Shown one piece after another: positions 23,259 to 35,744 of a stretch of DNA of 64,000 nucleotides. Within the stretch, counting starts at the first letter, position 1. The number at the start of each line of letters is the position of its first letter. The DNA is from Selaginella moellendorffii (taxonomy: Eukaryota; Plantae; Lycopodiophyta), in contig NW_003314281.1 of the NCBI RefSeq assembly GCF_000143415.4, positions 484,833-548,832 of the forward strand, written 5' to 3'. The notes beneath the pieces were generated by a model. It made no database searches, was not told where the DNA came from, and saw only the letters and a program-made list of their open reading frames with translations. Made by a program: the position numbers and the translations under genes.

Positions 23259-26200
23259 GCCTGAGAGGGTGAAAGCCCAAAGCGTTCGTCTCCCAGACCC
23301 TGGGGGGTTTGGTGAGCTCCAAAAGTATAGTAGGGGGAGGACTGCAGTGGAGCCAGTTTAGCCAGGAAAGGCCAATTTGGCCCAGGAAAGCTAGACCCAG
23401 TGTTGGGTGATGAACTGACCACTGGGAAGTCCAAGACTAGAGTGAACACGGACTGACAAGCGGGGTAGCTTGGTGAAGTGTTCAAGAGCCGGCTCTAGTT
23501 CCCCCGGGAGATCGACTGGCCGATGCTCCCAGTCCAAGTGTGGGTGGCACTACCTACTTGGATACCAGGTGTGGCTCAACGGAACCTCGCTCTAAGCCCA
23601 TGGCTAGAGCACCTAAAGGCAAAAGGCGGGGAGAGTACCCAGGTGGCTTGCGTAAGGCCACGGTGTTCCGAAATGTTGTCCCAAAGGCCTAGACTGTGGA
23701 AAGGAAGGGGAGCAGTCCTCTGGGGTAGTGACCAAGGACACAGTCGTGTGGTGAGGAAGCCCCAGAGGACCATGGGACTTAGTGGTCGGGCCTGTGGGCC
23801 TCGATCCAGTGGCAGTGTTGGCAAACACGGCCAGGGGCAAAAAGGGACTTGGTAGGAACTGACAAAGGGACTTTCGGAAAGGCGATTCCCCAGGTCTGTG
23901 GGCATCCTAAGGATGCTAAGGAGTGGATCCAAGATGACCACTCGTGGACAGATGGCCCAGTCTTGGAGAGACGGGATGGTGATGCAAGTGGTATTGGACC
24001 ACTAGTGCAGCAAAGGTGAATGGGCATGGCCTTAGCGTAACGGGCCGAGATGTCAGTGGTACCTTTGGGTGTCGGTCTTGGGACCGGACACGTGGAGCAC
24101 TTGGACCAGGTGCAAGTGTTGAGTGGCATGGATGCCATTCTTGGGGCTAGCAAGTCCAAGTCCTGAATTGGACTTAAGGAGGTTGTGAGTGAGACTCCTC
24201 CAAGTGGTCGAAGGTGTGGTTAAGTGACTAAAGTAGAATGGAAAAATTAGTCACATATACTACCCAAGACTTCTAGTATAGGGAAGTCGAATATACCCTT
24301 ACGGGGGATAAGTTGCTTATGTTGCGATATAGTAAGTCAATGTCATAAAAGGAAATACTCATTGTCAAGAAAGCCATCATTGGGACACCCGAACACTCTA
24401 GAACACCAGAAGGTGGTGTTTGATGTCGCGAGGGCAATGGATAAAGCCCAAGGGACTAAGTCCCTAGCGAATGATAGATAGAAGGTGCTATCCAAATGTC
24501 CAAGGTTGCGGAGACAGGAGAGGACTTTCTACCCGAGTTGGACAAAGCCAAAAATGGAATTTTGGCAAGGCTAGTGATGGGCATGTAAAGGCCCATAAGT
24601 AACAATGTAATCCCAGTGTGTTGGATTATAAGGTGAGCATACCCGGATTGAGGAACCACTCCCTAGGCTATTGGGTAGGTTCATCCCTAAGAATACTTGC
24701 TAAGGCATGATAGAAAGTGCAAAGCTATCCTCCTGGTCTGGAGGAGAATGACCAAAGGAAAGGTGTGAAGCCAAAAAGTAAGAAGTAAGGGGATAGAACC
24801 GAACCATAGGAATCAAAGGGCATAACCAAGGTTGGTTATGCCAGCTGGGAGTGGAGAATCAAGAGGGTACTCGAGGATGTTGTTGCTAGCAACCGTGATG
24901 CCATAGAGAGTCTAAAATATGGAATTGTCCATGTTAGACTATATGGCAACTATAAAGCTTGCGAAAGGGGAGGCCTTAGCAAGCTGAGGGACAGAGTTCC
25001 TTCAAGGTTCCCAAAGACGATTCTAGGTAGCATAGTACCTAGAAAGGCCAAGTGTAAATGGTTCATGGAACGCGCGAAATCAGAGTGGCGCAGCAGAAGC
25101 GTGGTCTTGAAGCTTGCCATGAGGCAAAGTTATCAAGGTTAGGGAAGTAGTTCCCGAGTGTTCAAAGAGAGGGCTTTGAACGAAAGTCGATGGTCAAGGA
25201 CTTTCACGCTTATGCAGGAACCATGTTACAATGGTCGGAGAACTTGCCAAGTGAGATTGGCACGTCGGGGGAACAAAGACCCTAGTTGAAGGTGATAACT
25301 TCAAAAAAGGTGGGCCATGGGGCCGAGCATGGAGGAGTCCATGCATGATCACAGACATGTCAAGTGAGAGGACTTGGCAGTGTGGAGGAACTAGGTTCCT
25401 AAGCTGTGATCTGTAGCGCGCTTTAAAAATAAGTTGGTGCACCGGCATGGGGAGTCACGCCAAGCATCTTGTGTGATGCCGTCCGTAGATGCATATACGG
25501 AGGTTGGGTTCGAGTCCCGACCCTCTAGTGCTTGGGTTCGAGTCCCAAATCACTAGGGCGTGGTGATGGTTTGGAATATGAGGACACTCATATTTCGGTG
25601 GTCATGGACTCTCAGTGGGGAGACTGGTTTGGGCACACTGCCAAGCGAGGGATGCCTCGGAGTCGTGATGCACGGTTAGATTGCTTAGTGTGAAAGCTCA
25701 GCATATCTAACTTGAACACTTTGGTGCAAGTGGCACCAAGGTCGTGGTGAGTGAGATGGGGACACCTAATCTCAGTTGCTATGAACCCTTGGCCGTAAGG
25801 GCTAGCTTGGGTGCACCGCCAAGTGTGGGGGATGCCCCCGGGGTTATAGTCAACAACTTGGAGGTCTGGAAGACCAAGTACCTCTTAGCAACTCTGTTAA
25901 GGTGCCAAGGTGAGATCACTAGGTGATCTTATGGCCAGATAAGGACGAGGTCCTTGGTTGGCTAAGGAATGAAGTTCCTGGTTCAAAATGTTGAAATTGA
26001 ACTGTTTAAGGTGGTGTGGCTTGGTCGTGATAACCAAGTGGGAAGAGCACCTAAGGGAAATAAACTATGTCCGTGCGATGGCATAGTGAGTCCGAGGAAA
26101 GTAGTCTCTATAAAAGACCCATGGGAGGGTCACGAAGTTGGGCCGTGGATAGAGCCCATAGCAGAAGATGCTAAAGAGACGTACTAGGGGTGAACGTCCT

Positions 26201-27242
26201 CCGGACTTGGCAAAGAAGAGTCTTTGCTATGGAACCGAAACAATACCTCAAGGAGGGAGGTAGAGATTCGATGTTGCTTGGTGCAACAATCAACGGATAG
26301 GAGCAAAAGATGAGTGGCCAAGATAGGGCCGTGGAATCCCTTGGAAGGAATCCAAGTGACAAAGTTAGGCGAGGAACACTAATGTGTTGGACGCTAACAA
26401 ATTGCGGGAAAGGAAGTGTGTTTCCAAGGAGGGATTCCGAAATGCTCCGAGTTGGCGAAAGTGGAAGCTCCAAGGGAGGGAGCGGTAAGGTAGCCAAATG
26501 ATAGGGCCATGAACAGCCCTAGCACAAAGCATGATAACTGGAACTTTGGCACGAAATAGAAGAGAGGATGATGGTGCCCTCGAGTAGAGAACTTCCTAGG
26601 ATGGGAAGTGGAGTTGCACAAAAGGTGCAAGGCAAGGTGTCGGAGACACCTAGGAAATTGACTCCAAGAAGTCAAAAATTCAAAGTTCCAAAGTGCAAAG
26701 GTTATATCGATGGAAATTGAGACTACTCGAGAAGGAGTAGTGGGATTGACTTAGAGAAGGGTCTCTAAGAGGTTTAGCGAGAACTAAACCAATAAAAGGA
26801 TGAACCATTACATGTGGTCCAATCAGTCTCTAAATTGGAGAAACTACGCTCCTTAAAGGATGGACAAGGCATGATGAGCCTTTGATGTCAAACCATAGAC
26901 AAAGATTGGCTAGGTGCCAAAGATGGAAATGGTAACACATGTGGGTGTTACTTTATGAAAGGGTTTACCGTTCGATGAGGACATCGAACTTCGTCTATGG
27001 GTGGTGGAGTTGTGAGACACAAAATCCCTAGGCCCCAAAGTGGAGCCGGAAGGGCGCCACATGGTAGTGGCCGAAGCGAGAGCCAAACAAGCGTAACACG
27101 TTTGGACCAAAAGCTCCGACTTGAAAAGTCAAGAGCGAGAGTGGAACTCCCAACGAAGTGCTCGAGGAACGAGCACGAAGCGAGCAAAAGGCAAGGCTCC
27201 AAAAAGGGACCCAAAAGGACCAACACATGACACGTGGGAGTG

Positions 27243-27787
27243 TCCGAGATGGACTCGAGATGGAGTCCGAGATGGAGTCCGAGATGGACCCGAGATGGAG
27301 TCTGAGATGGAGTCCGAGATGGAGTCCGAGGTGGACCCGAGATGGACCCGAGTTGGAGTCCAAAGTGGAGTCCGAGATGGACCCGAGATGGAGTCCGAAA
27401 TGGAGTCCGAGATGGAGTCCGAGGTGGACCCGAGATGGACCCGAAATGGAGTCCGAGATGGAGTCCGAGATGGACCCGAGATGGAGTCCGAGATGGAGTC
27501 CGAGATGGAGTCCGAGGTGGACCCGAGATGGACCCAAAATGGAGTCCGAGATGGAGTCCGAGATGGACCCGAGATGGAGTCCGAGATGGAGCCGAGATGG
27601 ACCCGAGATGGAGTCCGAGATGGAGTCCGAGATGGAGTCCGAAGTCGAGACCGAGACCGGAACCGAGACCGGGACCGAGACCGAGACCGAGATCGGGACC
27701 GAGACCGAGACCGAGGCCGAGGCCAAGACCGAGCCCGAGCCCGAGTCCGAGTCCGAATCCGAGTCCGAGTCCGAGTCCGAGTCCGGA
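27243..27787 (+). repeat. Same compound minisatellite in LTR4
   Basis: Same units, different copy number. Confidence 0.95.
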
Positions 27788-29086
27788 GCCTGAGAGGGTG
27801 AAAGCCCAAAGCGTTCGTCTCCCAGACCCTGGGGGGTTTGGTGAGCTCCAAAAGTATAGTAGGGGGAGGACTGCAGTGGAGCCAGTTTAGCCAGGAAAGG
27901 CCAATTTGGCCCAGGAAAGCTAGACCCAGTGTTGGGTGATGAACTGACCACTGGGAAGTCCAAGACTAGAGTGAATACGGACTGACAAGCGGGGTAGCTT
28001 GGTGAAGTGTTCAAGAGCCGGCTTTAGTTCCCCCGGGAGATCGACTGGCCGATGCTCCCAATCCAAGTGTGGGTGGCACTACCTACTTGGATACCAGGTG
28101 TGGCTCAACGGAACCTCGCTCTAAGCCCATGGCTAGAGCACCTAAAGGCAAAAGGCGGGGAGAGTACCTAGGTGGCTCGCGTAAGGCCACGGTGTTCCGA
28201 AATGTTGTCCCAAAGGCCTAAACTGTGGAAAGGAAGAGGAGCAGTCCTCTGGGGTAGTGACCAAGGACATAGTCGTGTGGTGAGGAAGTCCCAGAGGACC
28301 ATGGGACTTAGTGGTCGGGCCTGTGGGCCTCGATCCAGTGGCAGTGTTGGCAAACACGGCCAGGGGCAGAAAGGGACTTGGTAGGAACTGACAAAGGGAC
28401 TTTCGGAAAGGCGATTCCCCAGGTCTGTGGGCATCCTAAGGATGCTAAGGAGTGGATCCAAGATGACCACTCGTGGACAGATGGCCCAGTCTTGGAGAGA
28501 CGGGATGGTGATGCAAGTGGTATTGGATCACTAGTGCAGCAAAGGTGAATGGGCATGGCCTTAGCGTAACGGGCCGAGATGTCAGTGGTACCTTTGGGTG
28601 TCGGTCTTGGGACCGGACACGTGGAGCACTTGGACCGGGTGCAAGTGTGGAGTGGCATGGATGCCATTCTTGGGGCTAGCAAGTCCCAAGTCCTAAATTG
28701 GACTTATGGAGGTTGTGAATGAGACTCCTCTAAGTGGTTAGAGGTGTGGTTAAGTGACTAGAGTAGAATGGAAAAATTAGTCGCTTACATCCTCCAAGTG
28801 GTCGGAGGTGTGGTTAAGTGACTAAAGTAGAATGGAAAAATTAGTCCCTTACATCGATCTCCCAGGGGATCTAAAGCCGGCTCTTGAACACTTCACCAAG
28901 CTACCCCGCTTGTCGGTCCATGTTCACTCTAGTCTTGGACTTCCCAGTGGGCAGCTCATCACCCAACACTGAGAACAACCTTCCTAGGCCAAACTGGCTC
29001 CACTGCAATCCTCCCCTTACTATACTTTTGGAGCTCACCAAACCCCCCAGGGTCTAGGAGGCGAACGCTTTGGGCTTTCACCCTCT

Positions 29087-29556
29087 CAGACTCGAACTCG
29101 GACTCAGAGTCAGACTCGGACTCAGACTCGGACTTGAGCTCGGGCTCGGGCTCAGTCTCAGCCTCGGTCTTGGTCTTGGTCCCGGTCTCGATCTCGGTCC
29201 CGGTCTCGGTCTCGGTCCCGGTCTCGGTCTCGGTCCCGGTCTCGGTCTCGGTCTCGGTCCCGGTCCTGGTCCCGGTCTCAATCTTGGTCTCGGTCGCAGC
29301 CCGGTTGGGGTCTCGGTCCCGATCTCGGTCTCGACCTCGGACTCCATCTCGGGTCCTTCTCGGACTCCATCTCGGACTCTGTCTTGGTCCATCTCGGACT
29401 CCATCTTGGGTCCATCTCGGACTCCGTCTCGGTCCATCTCGGGTTCATCTCAGACTCCATCTCGGTCCATCTCGGACTCCGTCTCGGTCCATCTCGGGTC
29501 CATCTCGGACTCCATCTCAGATTCCATCTTGGATTCCATCTTAGACTCCATCTCAG
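29087..29556 (-). repeat. Same minisatellite, reverse-complemented and more diverged, in the outer solo LTR
   Basis: GGACTCCATCTC, GGTCTC and GGACTC units. Confidence 0.9.
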
Positions 29557-31099
29557 GCACTTCCACGTGTCATGTGTTCATCTTTTGGGTCCCTTTTTTA
29601 GAGCCTCGCTTATTGCTCACTTCGTGCTTATTCCTCGAGCACTTTGTTGGGGGTTCCACTTCTGCTCTCGACCTATCAAGTCGAAGCTTTTAGTCCAAAC
29701 GTGTTACGCTCGTTTGGCTTTTGCTTTGGCCACTACCACGTGGTGCCCTTCCAGCTCCACTTTGGGGCCTAGGTATTTTATGTCTCACAGGTAGCTGTCA
29801 AATTGGTTTAAATCCAGACCACTTGCTCCTATATATAAATTAGGGTTTTTGAGCTAATTGATATGCATATTTTTTATATTCCCTTTCCATATTCCAAGCA
29901 CTCACAAGAGGTATAAATTAATTTTTATCTTCCACAATGAAAAACAATTGTAATATTCACAAGAAGGAAAAGAAAGTTTGCCCTGCAAAATGCTAAACTT
30001 AATTGCCCTGCAAATTTGAAGCTTGTGGCAGTGGCAATAGTGTTCAGTAGCTTTGCATTCGTTACACCATGAGCCAGCACAAGGTTCTTAAGTATACAAT
30101 AGAAACATCACTATGTGAGAAGAAATACTCCAGTTTTTTCTTTCCCAAGTAGGTGGCAAACTATAAGACCTGGTTGAAAGGGAGAGTTCTGCACAGTACA
30201 CACTAGAAGATGGCCATGCTGCGTGTTTGAAGCCAACTTTTCTCTAGGCCTGGAAGAAGAAGCTTTAAGTTTATGGAATTTATAGAGCAAGAGTACGAGA
30301 TACAACAGGTTTCTATATACTATTATTCCCTTCCACGGCTGTGCAATAGTTTGTTGTGCAACAGTAGAAAGGGCGCTACCGAGACGAAGAAAACAGTCTT
30401 GTGTGTGTCAGATCATTGTTGTCAAACAACATTGATCGATCTGGAATCACAGCACTAGTGCCAGATCGCTCCAGTTTCTCGTCTGACCGTTTGTCGTGTG
30501 AAAGTTTTATGAAGTTGCTCTCTCCACTCATCTTCACAGACAGCAGTAATTAGCTCCTTTCTTCGTCTTCTTCATTGATTCTTCTTCGCTTTCTTCTCTA
30601 CTTTTTCTTTCTTCCCCCTGTGTAGTTCGTGCTGCTTCTGTGGAGAGCACCAGCCCAAGCTATACCACAAAGTCCATCCTACTGTAGCGATAGTCATCAA
30701 CAGTATAGTGGTCATGTTCTTGAGAGATCCTACCGCGATTTAACGAGCAAGAAAGGGAGTGATGTTTGCATGGCGGGACAAGCATGGCACAGGTTTTGTA
30801 GATCCCTATACGAGTCTTTAGCTTCCTTTCGTTGAGGGGTCAAAAAATTCAAGCTTTGTTCTTTTCTCATGAATATTTTTTCTTGGTCCTGGTCCCTTGT
30901 GTGTCTGAAGCATCTATCTCATAGCTAGGAACATTTTCAAGAGACCAGCAGAGCGGAAAACATTGATTTAAAACAAACATCTCGTATATAACACCCAGCG
31001 TATTCTTCTCGTCCCAGTCGAACTTCATCCTGTGTTCTTCCCAAAGCTTCCACAGGCATTTTCTAGTTTCTGTTCTTCTTTTTTCTTGTTGATGGTGCC

Positions 31100-31277
31100 A
31101 TGCAGATGGGTCGATCTCCTTGCTGCGAGAAAATCGGTCTCAACAGGGGTCCATGGACTCGTGAAGAAGACACGCTCCTCACGCAGTATGTCAACGAGCA
31201 CGGCGAAGGGTCTTGGAGAACGCTTCCAAAGGCCGCAGGTTTGATCCGCCCAAATCTCATTCCACTCCTTGTCTCTA
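31100..31277 (+). pseudogene. Truncated R2R3-MYB: exon 1 (31100-31238) and start of intron 1 only, fused to the ARM copy 2 upstream region
   Basis: [27 protein letters not shown]...KAAG|GT is near-identical to 51058-51196. The intron breaks off at ~31277 into sequence matching ~377-515. Exons 2-3 are absent. Confidence 0.85.
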
Positions 31278-31413
31278 GCTTACTTGCTTATGCCAGCAAC
31301 ATGAGAAAGACATTCAAGCGGCTTTGAAGTCGTCAATACCACGGTCACCAGTCTTAGCTGGACCCACGCAAGAGCTGCCTCCTCAAATGCCCAGAACTCC
31401 TTGAACACTAAAC

Positions 31414-33874
31414 ATGGATTCGTGGAACAGCAGAAAGTTTCAAAGGGCACAGTCTGCCGGTGCCCCCAAGAGTACCGTTCACTTTGCGGACGAGGTAACC
31501 ATTCAAGTTCCTTCTTCCGGCTCTGCTCTCGCTTCTCCACCTTCAAGCACTAGAACCCCCAATACCAGTGAGTTGTGGTCGGTTTTTTCTCCACATCCGG
31601 AAGTCGAGCAGCAGCCTTCCACTCCCAAGCCTTCAGCTCCAGTGAAATGGAGTTATTTAAGACGACGAGGGCAGCAGTCTTCCACTCCCGAGCCTTCAGC
31701 TAATTCCCAATCACCAGAGCAGCGTCTCAATCTGATAGCTTTCAGGCTCGCAGTTCTTGAAAAGTTCGCCACTGGCCTCGGGAAATTGGCCTTCGTCTGG
31801 GCAACTGTTGTTCTCCTCGGTGGATTCGTGAGCAACATTCCGGCCAAAGACTTTTGGACGATATCGGCCTTGCTGCTGACTGAAGGAACGCGGGTTTTCA
31901 GTCGAAGTAGCGAGTTGGAATGGCAGCAGGCAAATTACAGCTTGGGAACTCTCGGCTTCAGCTCGTTCGTGTTCGACAAGAGCGCCAGATTAAGGCAGAC
32001 GTTCTCTGCAGCCTTCGACCATGACCACCCTGAACAGAACGTTAGCAGAGATCGACTTTCCAAAAATCCAGTAAAGAAAGATTTATACCAGGGATTCGGT
32101 GCCCGAAGAACTTGGTCCGTGGGAAGCGTCCCGTTCCTGCCGTATGTAAAGTCCCTCCCCACCAGGATCATCAGCCTTTTCATGTACTTCCTCCAGCTTG
32201 CTTCTGCAACAGTCACCGTATGTTTCTCAGTATATCGACTTGCCGAGCACGGCTTCAATGCCCAAGGAAAAAACACTGAGCAAGCACTTACGGTGTTTTA
32301 CGCGATGATGCTGGCAGAAACGTCGCTATTCCTCCTGGAGAGAGCATATTGGGAATTCAAGCTTCATTACCAGAGGTTGCTGGAAGTAGCACTCTAACGT
32401 GTGAGCTTGATCAAGTCGACATTGAAACCATGAAGCAGTACTGGTACACATTGTACTCACGATCGCTGAACGGAAGCGTGTTTGATGGCCTGGGAATGGA
32501 CCTTATCGATTTCACCGTCGAGAAGCTGCAGTCAAGCATAAGGGAAGAGCAGCTCGGTAGCGTCAACATACTGTCAGCTCTTGTCTCAAAAGGAGATTCA
32601 ATAAAAGAAACGCGACGGAGGATGGAGTTGTGGAGAGACTCTTAGAGATGATCACCTGGAAGGATCGTAGTGAGGCCGAAATCAGGAAAGCTGCAACGAT
32701 AGTAATCAGGCACCTGGTTCATCACCGCCGTAACTGCTTCAGGATTTCCGCTATCCCTGGATCCCTGGAGGCCCTCACTGCTCTTTTAGCCGCAAGAAAA
32801 GAAGAGGAAGTGCTAGAAGAAAAGAGCTACAGACTCACTATCCTCAACGGGCTAGCCGTGGACCACAGGATATCCGTGCGAATCGGTAACACCAGCGGAC
32901 TTATCTCCATCCTGGTTGAATTTATCCAAGACGAACGAAGGAAAGAAGTATGCCGTCAATCACTCAAGCTTTTGAAGAAATTGGCTCGCGTGGGAGGAGA
33001 TTCTGGACGGTCACTGCGAAAGAAGATGGTGTCGGTAGTGCCAGCAGTAAGAAGTCTTCAAAGGATGTGCAATCTCAAAGATTTGGAGCTACAAGGCCTG
33101 GCAGTCGACGTGATCAAGCTGCTAGCAACCGAGGACGAGCTTAGAGATTGCATTGGTGCGACTGGAGGAGTTATCCAAAGCTTGATGGCCATATTTACGA
33201 GAGAAACCGCACCGAAGAGCAAACAGTTGATCATCGCCATGAAAGCCGGGGAAGCCATAATTGTGCTCGTTTTCCAGTGTCCCAACAATTGCTCGAGGCT
33301 CCTCATGCACAAAAGCTACAGACAAGGTGGCGTTAGCAAGACCCTCAAGAGCTTGATCAACATGCTCACCAAGCCAGTTGGAGTCCATGCAGCCATAATT
33401 TTGCGAAGCTTGTGCGGTGACCTTAACGACGAAGAAAAGTTGGAGCTTGGAGCAGCCATATCTCCCATCATCCAGATGGTGCTGGAATCCACGGACATGG
33501 AACAGCTGGCAGCCATCGGTTTGGCAGCAGCCATAATCCCCTGGCTTAACTTTGAACAAGGCGTGCTATCGCAACAATCACGGCTTTGCGAAAAATTCAG
33601 AGAGCTTCTATCCCACACAGCACCTTCTAGGAGCTTGAATTGTATCCGGCGATATAGCGTAGAGCTTCTGAACAGCTTGATGGCAAAGGACGCCAGGTTC
33701 TTGCGACGTTTTAGAGAAGACGGTGAAATGGAGGCGTCCCTGGAAGCAATGTTAGCGACTGCCTCAGACGAAGAAAACTTCTTAACGTTTTCGGGTTTTG
33801 TGGGACTTATCAAGTATTCCAGCAGCATCGAGGAGCTCGTCAAGATCGCCCTATCGAACTTACACAGGCTGTAG
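31414..33874 (+). pseudogene. 4TM-ARM gene copy 2, frameshifted
   Basis: Colinear with 516-2972 but split into three ORFs (31414-32397, ~32398-32645, 32630-33874) by a 1-nt indel near 32390 and a deletion removing the IGTTP codons near 32623. Confidence 0.85.
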
Positions 33875-34327
33875 CTTCACCTTTTCCAAAAAAAAAGAAC
33901 CTCGAATGTGTCATGCTGTTAAGAATAAAATACAAATTCAGTTTCAGCAACTTGCTCACGTAAACTCTAAAAAAGAAAGAAAAAAATCAATCAACATCCA
34001 AAGAAGAAGAAGGTTACTTCATAGGAGATTTGAACTCGCAGCAACTTCGCTCACGCAATTGTAATTCACTAACAGAACTCTAAATAGGAAAGAAAACATT
34101 AATCAACATGAAAAATAAAGCTTCCTTTACTTCATAGAAGATCTCCTTTCTGAAATTGTGGTCACCACTCCACGCTGTTTTGAAACTTTCCAAGCATAGA
34201 GTTCGTACTTTTCCGCTGTCACGAAAGTTACATTATTAGAATCAGAACCACGAAGAGGTGAAATACAAGAAGTTTCATGAGCAGCAAAACCTTTCAAAGG
34301 ATATCATCCACCGCTCGAATTTGTCAC

Positions 34328-34720
34328 CGACATCAAGAAGAAAGACTTCTGGAACATTTCCATCTTGCTGTTGACTGAGGGAACCCGAGTTCTTGGCGGA
34401 ATTAGCGAGCTGGACTGGCAGGAGGCAAATTACATGAATACTCTCAACATCCGCTCGCTCGTGTTCGACAGAAAGCAGGCTTTCGACCATAATCAGCACC
34501 CTGCACAGAATTCTAACAGTGTTACAGTTCAATTAAGAAAGATTTATACCAGGGAGTTGACGCCATGGTCTGTGGGAGTCATCTCGTTCGTAAATTTTCT
34601 TCCGACCAGGATCATCAGCCTCATTTTGTACATCCTTCAACTACTAGTCAGTGTCCCGAGGCACAAAAGGAGCTCCTCGACAACTTGATGGCAAGGGACA
34701 TGAAATTCTTAGCTCGCAAG
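34328..34720 (+). pseudogene. 4TM-ARM relic 2 (N-terminal fragment joined to a C-terminal fragment)
   Basis: Near-identical to 3425-3779 and continuing into ELLDNLMARDMKFLARK, which resembles C-terminal ELLNSLMAKDARFLRR of the full protein. Confidence 0.75.
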
Positions 34721-34748
34721 TTCTACAAGCTCGATCGAATGATCTTAC

Positions 34749-35297
34749 GTTGGTGTCACTGAGCTCCAAGTTGTAGAAGACCATCGAATCTCGATCACCA
34801 AAGAGAGGACCAGCGTGCCAAGTTCCTTCGTTTAGCTTGATGAAGCGAGGACCATCTATCTTGAAAACCTGGACGCTTGCATGAGAGGGAGGTAAATAGT
34901 AGTGGCCACCAGCGTTGGATCGAACAGCGCCCTCGTGTTGCGATGAAGGATCCACAATGCTGGGAAGAGAGACCGCCATGTACCAAGGATGAGCTCCCAC
35001 AGATCCCAGACACTGCGTCACCCTGGCGTGATGCGTTATCCTTCTGAATCGCAGCCCCGTTTTCTTGAGCTCCATGAGGTAGAATCTGCGCAAAGGAACC
35101 ATCACTCACTCAATCACTACCGAGCCGCTGGAAATTTCGGCCACATTTTGCCTGCACTACCTGGGAATCCCATTCGCGAGATTGAGCTGCGCCTCTCCCG
35201 ATCCATACTCGCATCCGTCGCCGATCTTTCCCAGGAGCTGGCCAAAAGGCCGGAAATTCTCCTCCGTGATCGGCACTGCTCGCAGCTTGAGCCCCAT
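34749..35297 (-). pseudogene. Ureidoglycolate lyase/hydrolase-like copy 2, last exon deleted
   Basis: Exons 1-2 are in frame (MGLKLRAVP...GTWHAGPLF...LELSDTN). About 0.2 kb present in copy 3 (~48680-48888, including exon 3) is missing. Confidence 0.75.
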
Positions 35298-35744
35298 CGA
35301 AGAACCCTAGCCCTGGCAATATCGCCAGCGCAGGAATCGAACCCATTATAGTCAGCCAAGTCAACGGTCCATTGGTCAACGAAAGTCAATTCTGGTCAAC
35401 AGTGTCCAAACGACATCTATCCGCTACGGGCACTGAAACTTAAAGCGTAGAAAGGATATAAGCCATTGTAGCAGCGAATTTATGGCCAGAGAAACTTAAG
35501 GGACAGCAACATTTTTAGAGTTTTCTCATTTTCTTCACTTTGTTCTTGGTTGTGGGCTATTTAATCTTTGAATTGGGAATACAGATGCCATGGTACAAGT
35601 TTAAGATGCCATCACAAGGCATTTACTATCACTGTGAAGTGCATGAAGGAACTTACAGCAATATCTCAACATCCTCATAAGCTCTCCTATAGCAATAGTC
35701 TCTTTAGAACTGTGGCACCCAAATCACATTTAGGGATGACAATG

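Larger units (their letters stand above)
11889..28853 (+). mobile_element. Tandem array of a non-autonomous LTR retrotransposon (family A, LARD-like): LTR1 11889-13791, int1 13792-17836, LTR2 17837-19602, int2 19603-22353, LTR3 22354-24259, int3 24260-27010, LTR4 27011-28789, plus an extra 64-bp LTR end 28790-28853
   Basis: Four ~1.8-1.9 kb direct repeats starting TGTGAGACAC and ending ...ACA/ATA. 5-bp TSD TCGAT at 11884-11888 and 28854-28858. A PBS follows LTR1 and a PPT-like atgggtggtggagt precedes LTR2-4. No gag/pol ORF is recognisable in the internal regions. Confidence 0.9.
11140..29789 (-). mobile_element. Solo LTR of family A in reverse orientation, split into 11140-11888 and 28859-29789 by the inner array
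   Basis: Starts TGTAAGCGAC and ends TGTCTCACA, and is the reverse complement of the array LTRs. Flanked by a 5-bp TSD GGTAG (11135-11139 and 29790-29794). Confidence 0.85.
10624..29906 (+). mobile_element. 5'-truncated Ty3/Gypsy retrotransposon: integrase C-terminus, PPT and short 3' LTR (LTR split into 11076-11139 and 29795-29906)
   Basis: 10624-11043 encodes YKVDDLVLV...GLLA*WKGLYRVLQQVGPQVYKV...LHVQWLK, resembling the GPY/F module of Gypsy integrases. PPT gaaaggaggggatga at 11061-11075. The LTR begins TGTGAG (11076) and ends CTCACA (29906), after which hAT sequence resumes. Confidence 0.75.
4781..30025 (+). mobile_element. Degenerate hAT DNA transposon (ZNF862/TTF-zinc-finger-type transposase), copy 1, expanded by nested insertions
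   Basis: Left TIR caggtctcaaatttgcac at 4781 and right TIR ctgcaaatttgaagcttg ending 30025. 8-bp TSD tgacaatg (4773-4780) / tggcagtg (30026-30033). Transposase remnants at ~5200-6747 (CVAIRTDRAFIMVG...LLGVHYLAHR, GVHWLS) and 10431-10620 (LWKIISLILMSTTCVE, dimerisation-domain-like). Many stop codons. Confidence 0.85.

Noticed and set aside
19603-27010. Array units 2 and 3 as an assembly duplication artefact
   Set aside because: They differ by scattered substitutions and by minisatellite structure, which favours real copies, though long reads are needed to be certain.
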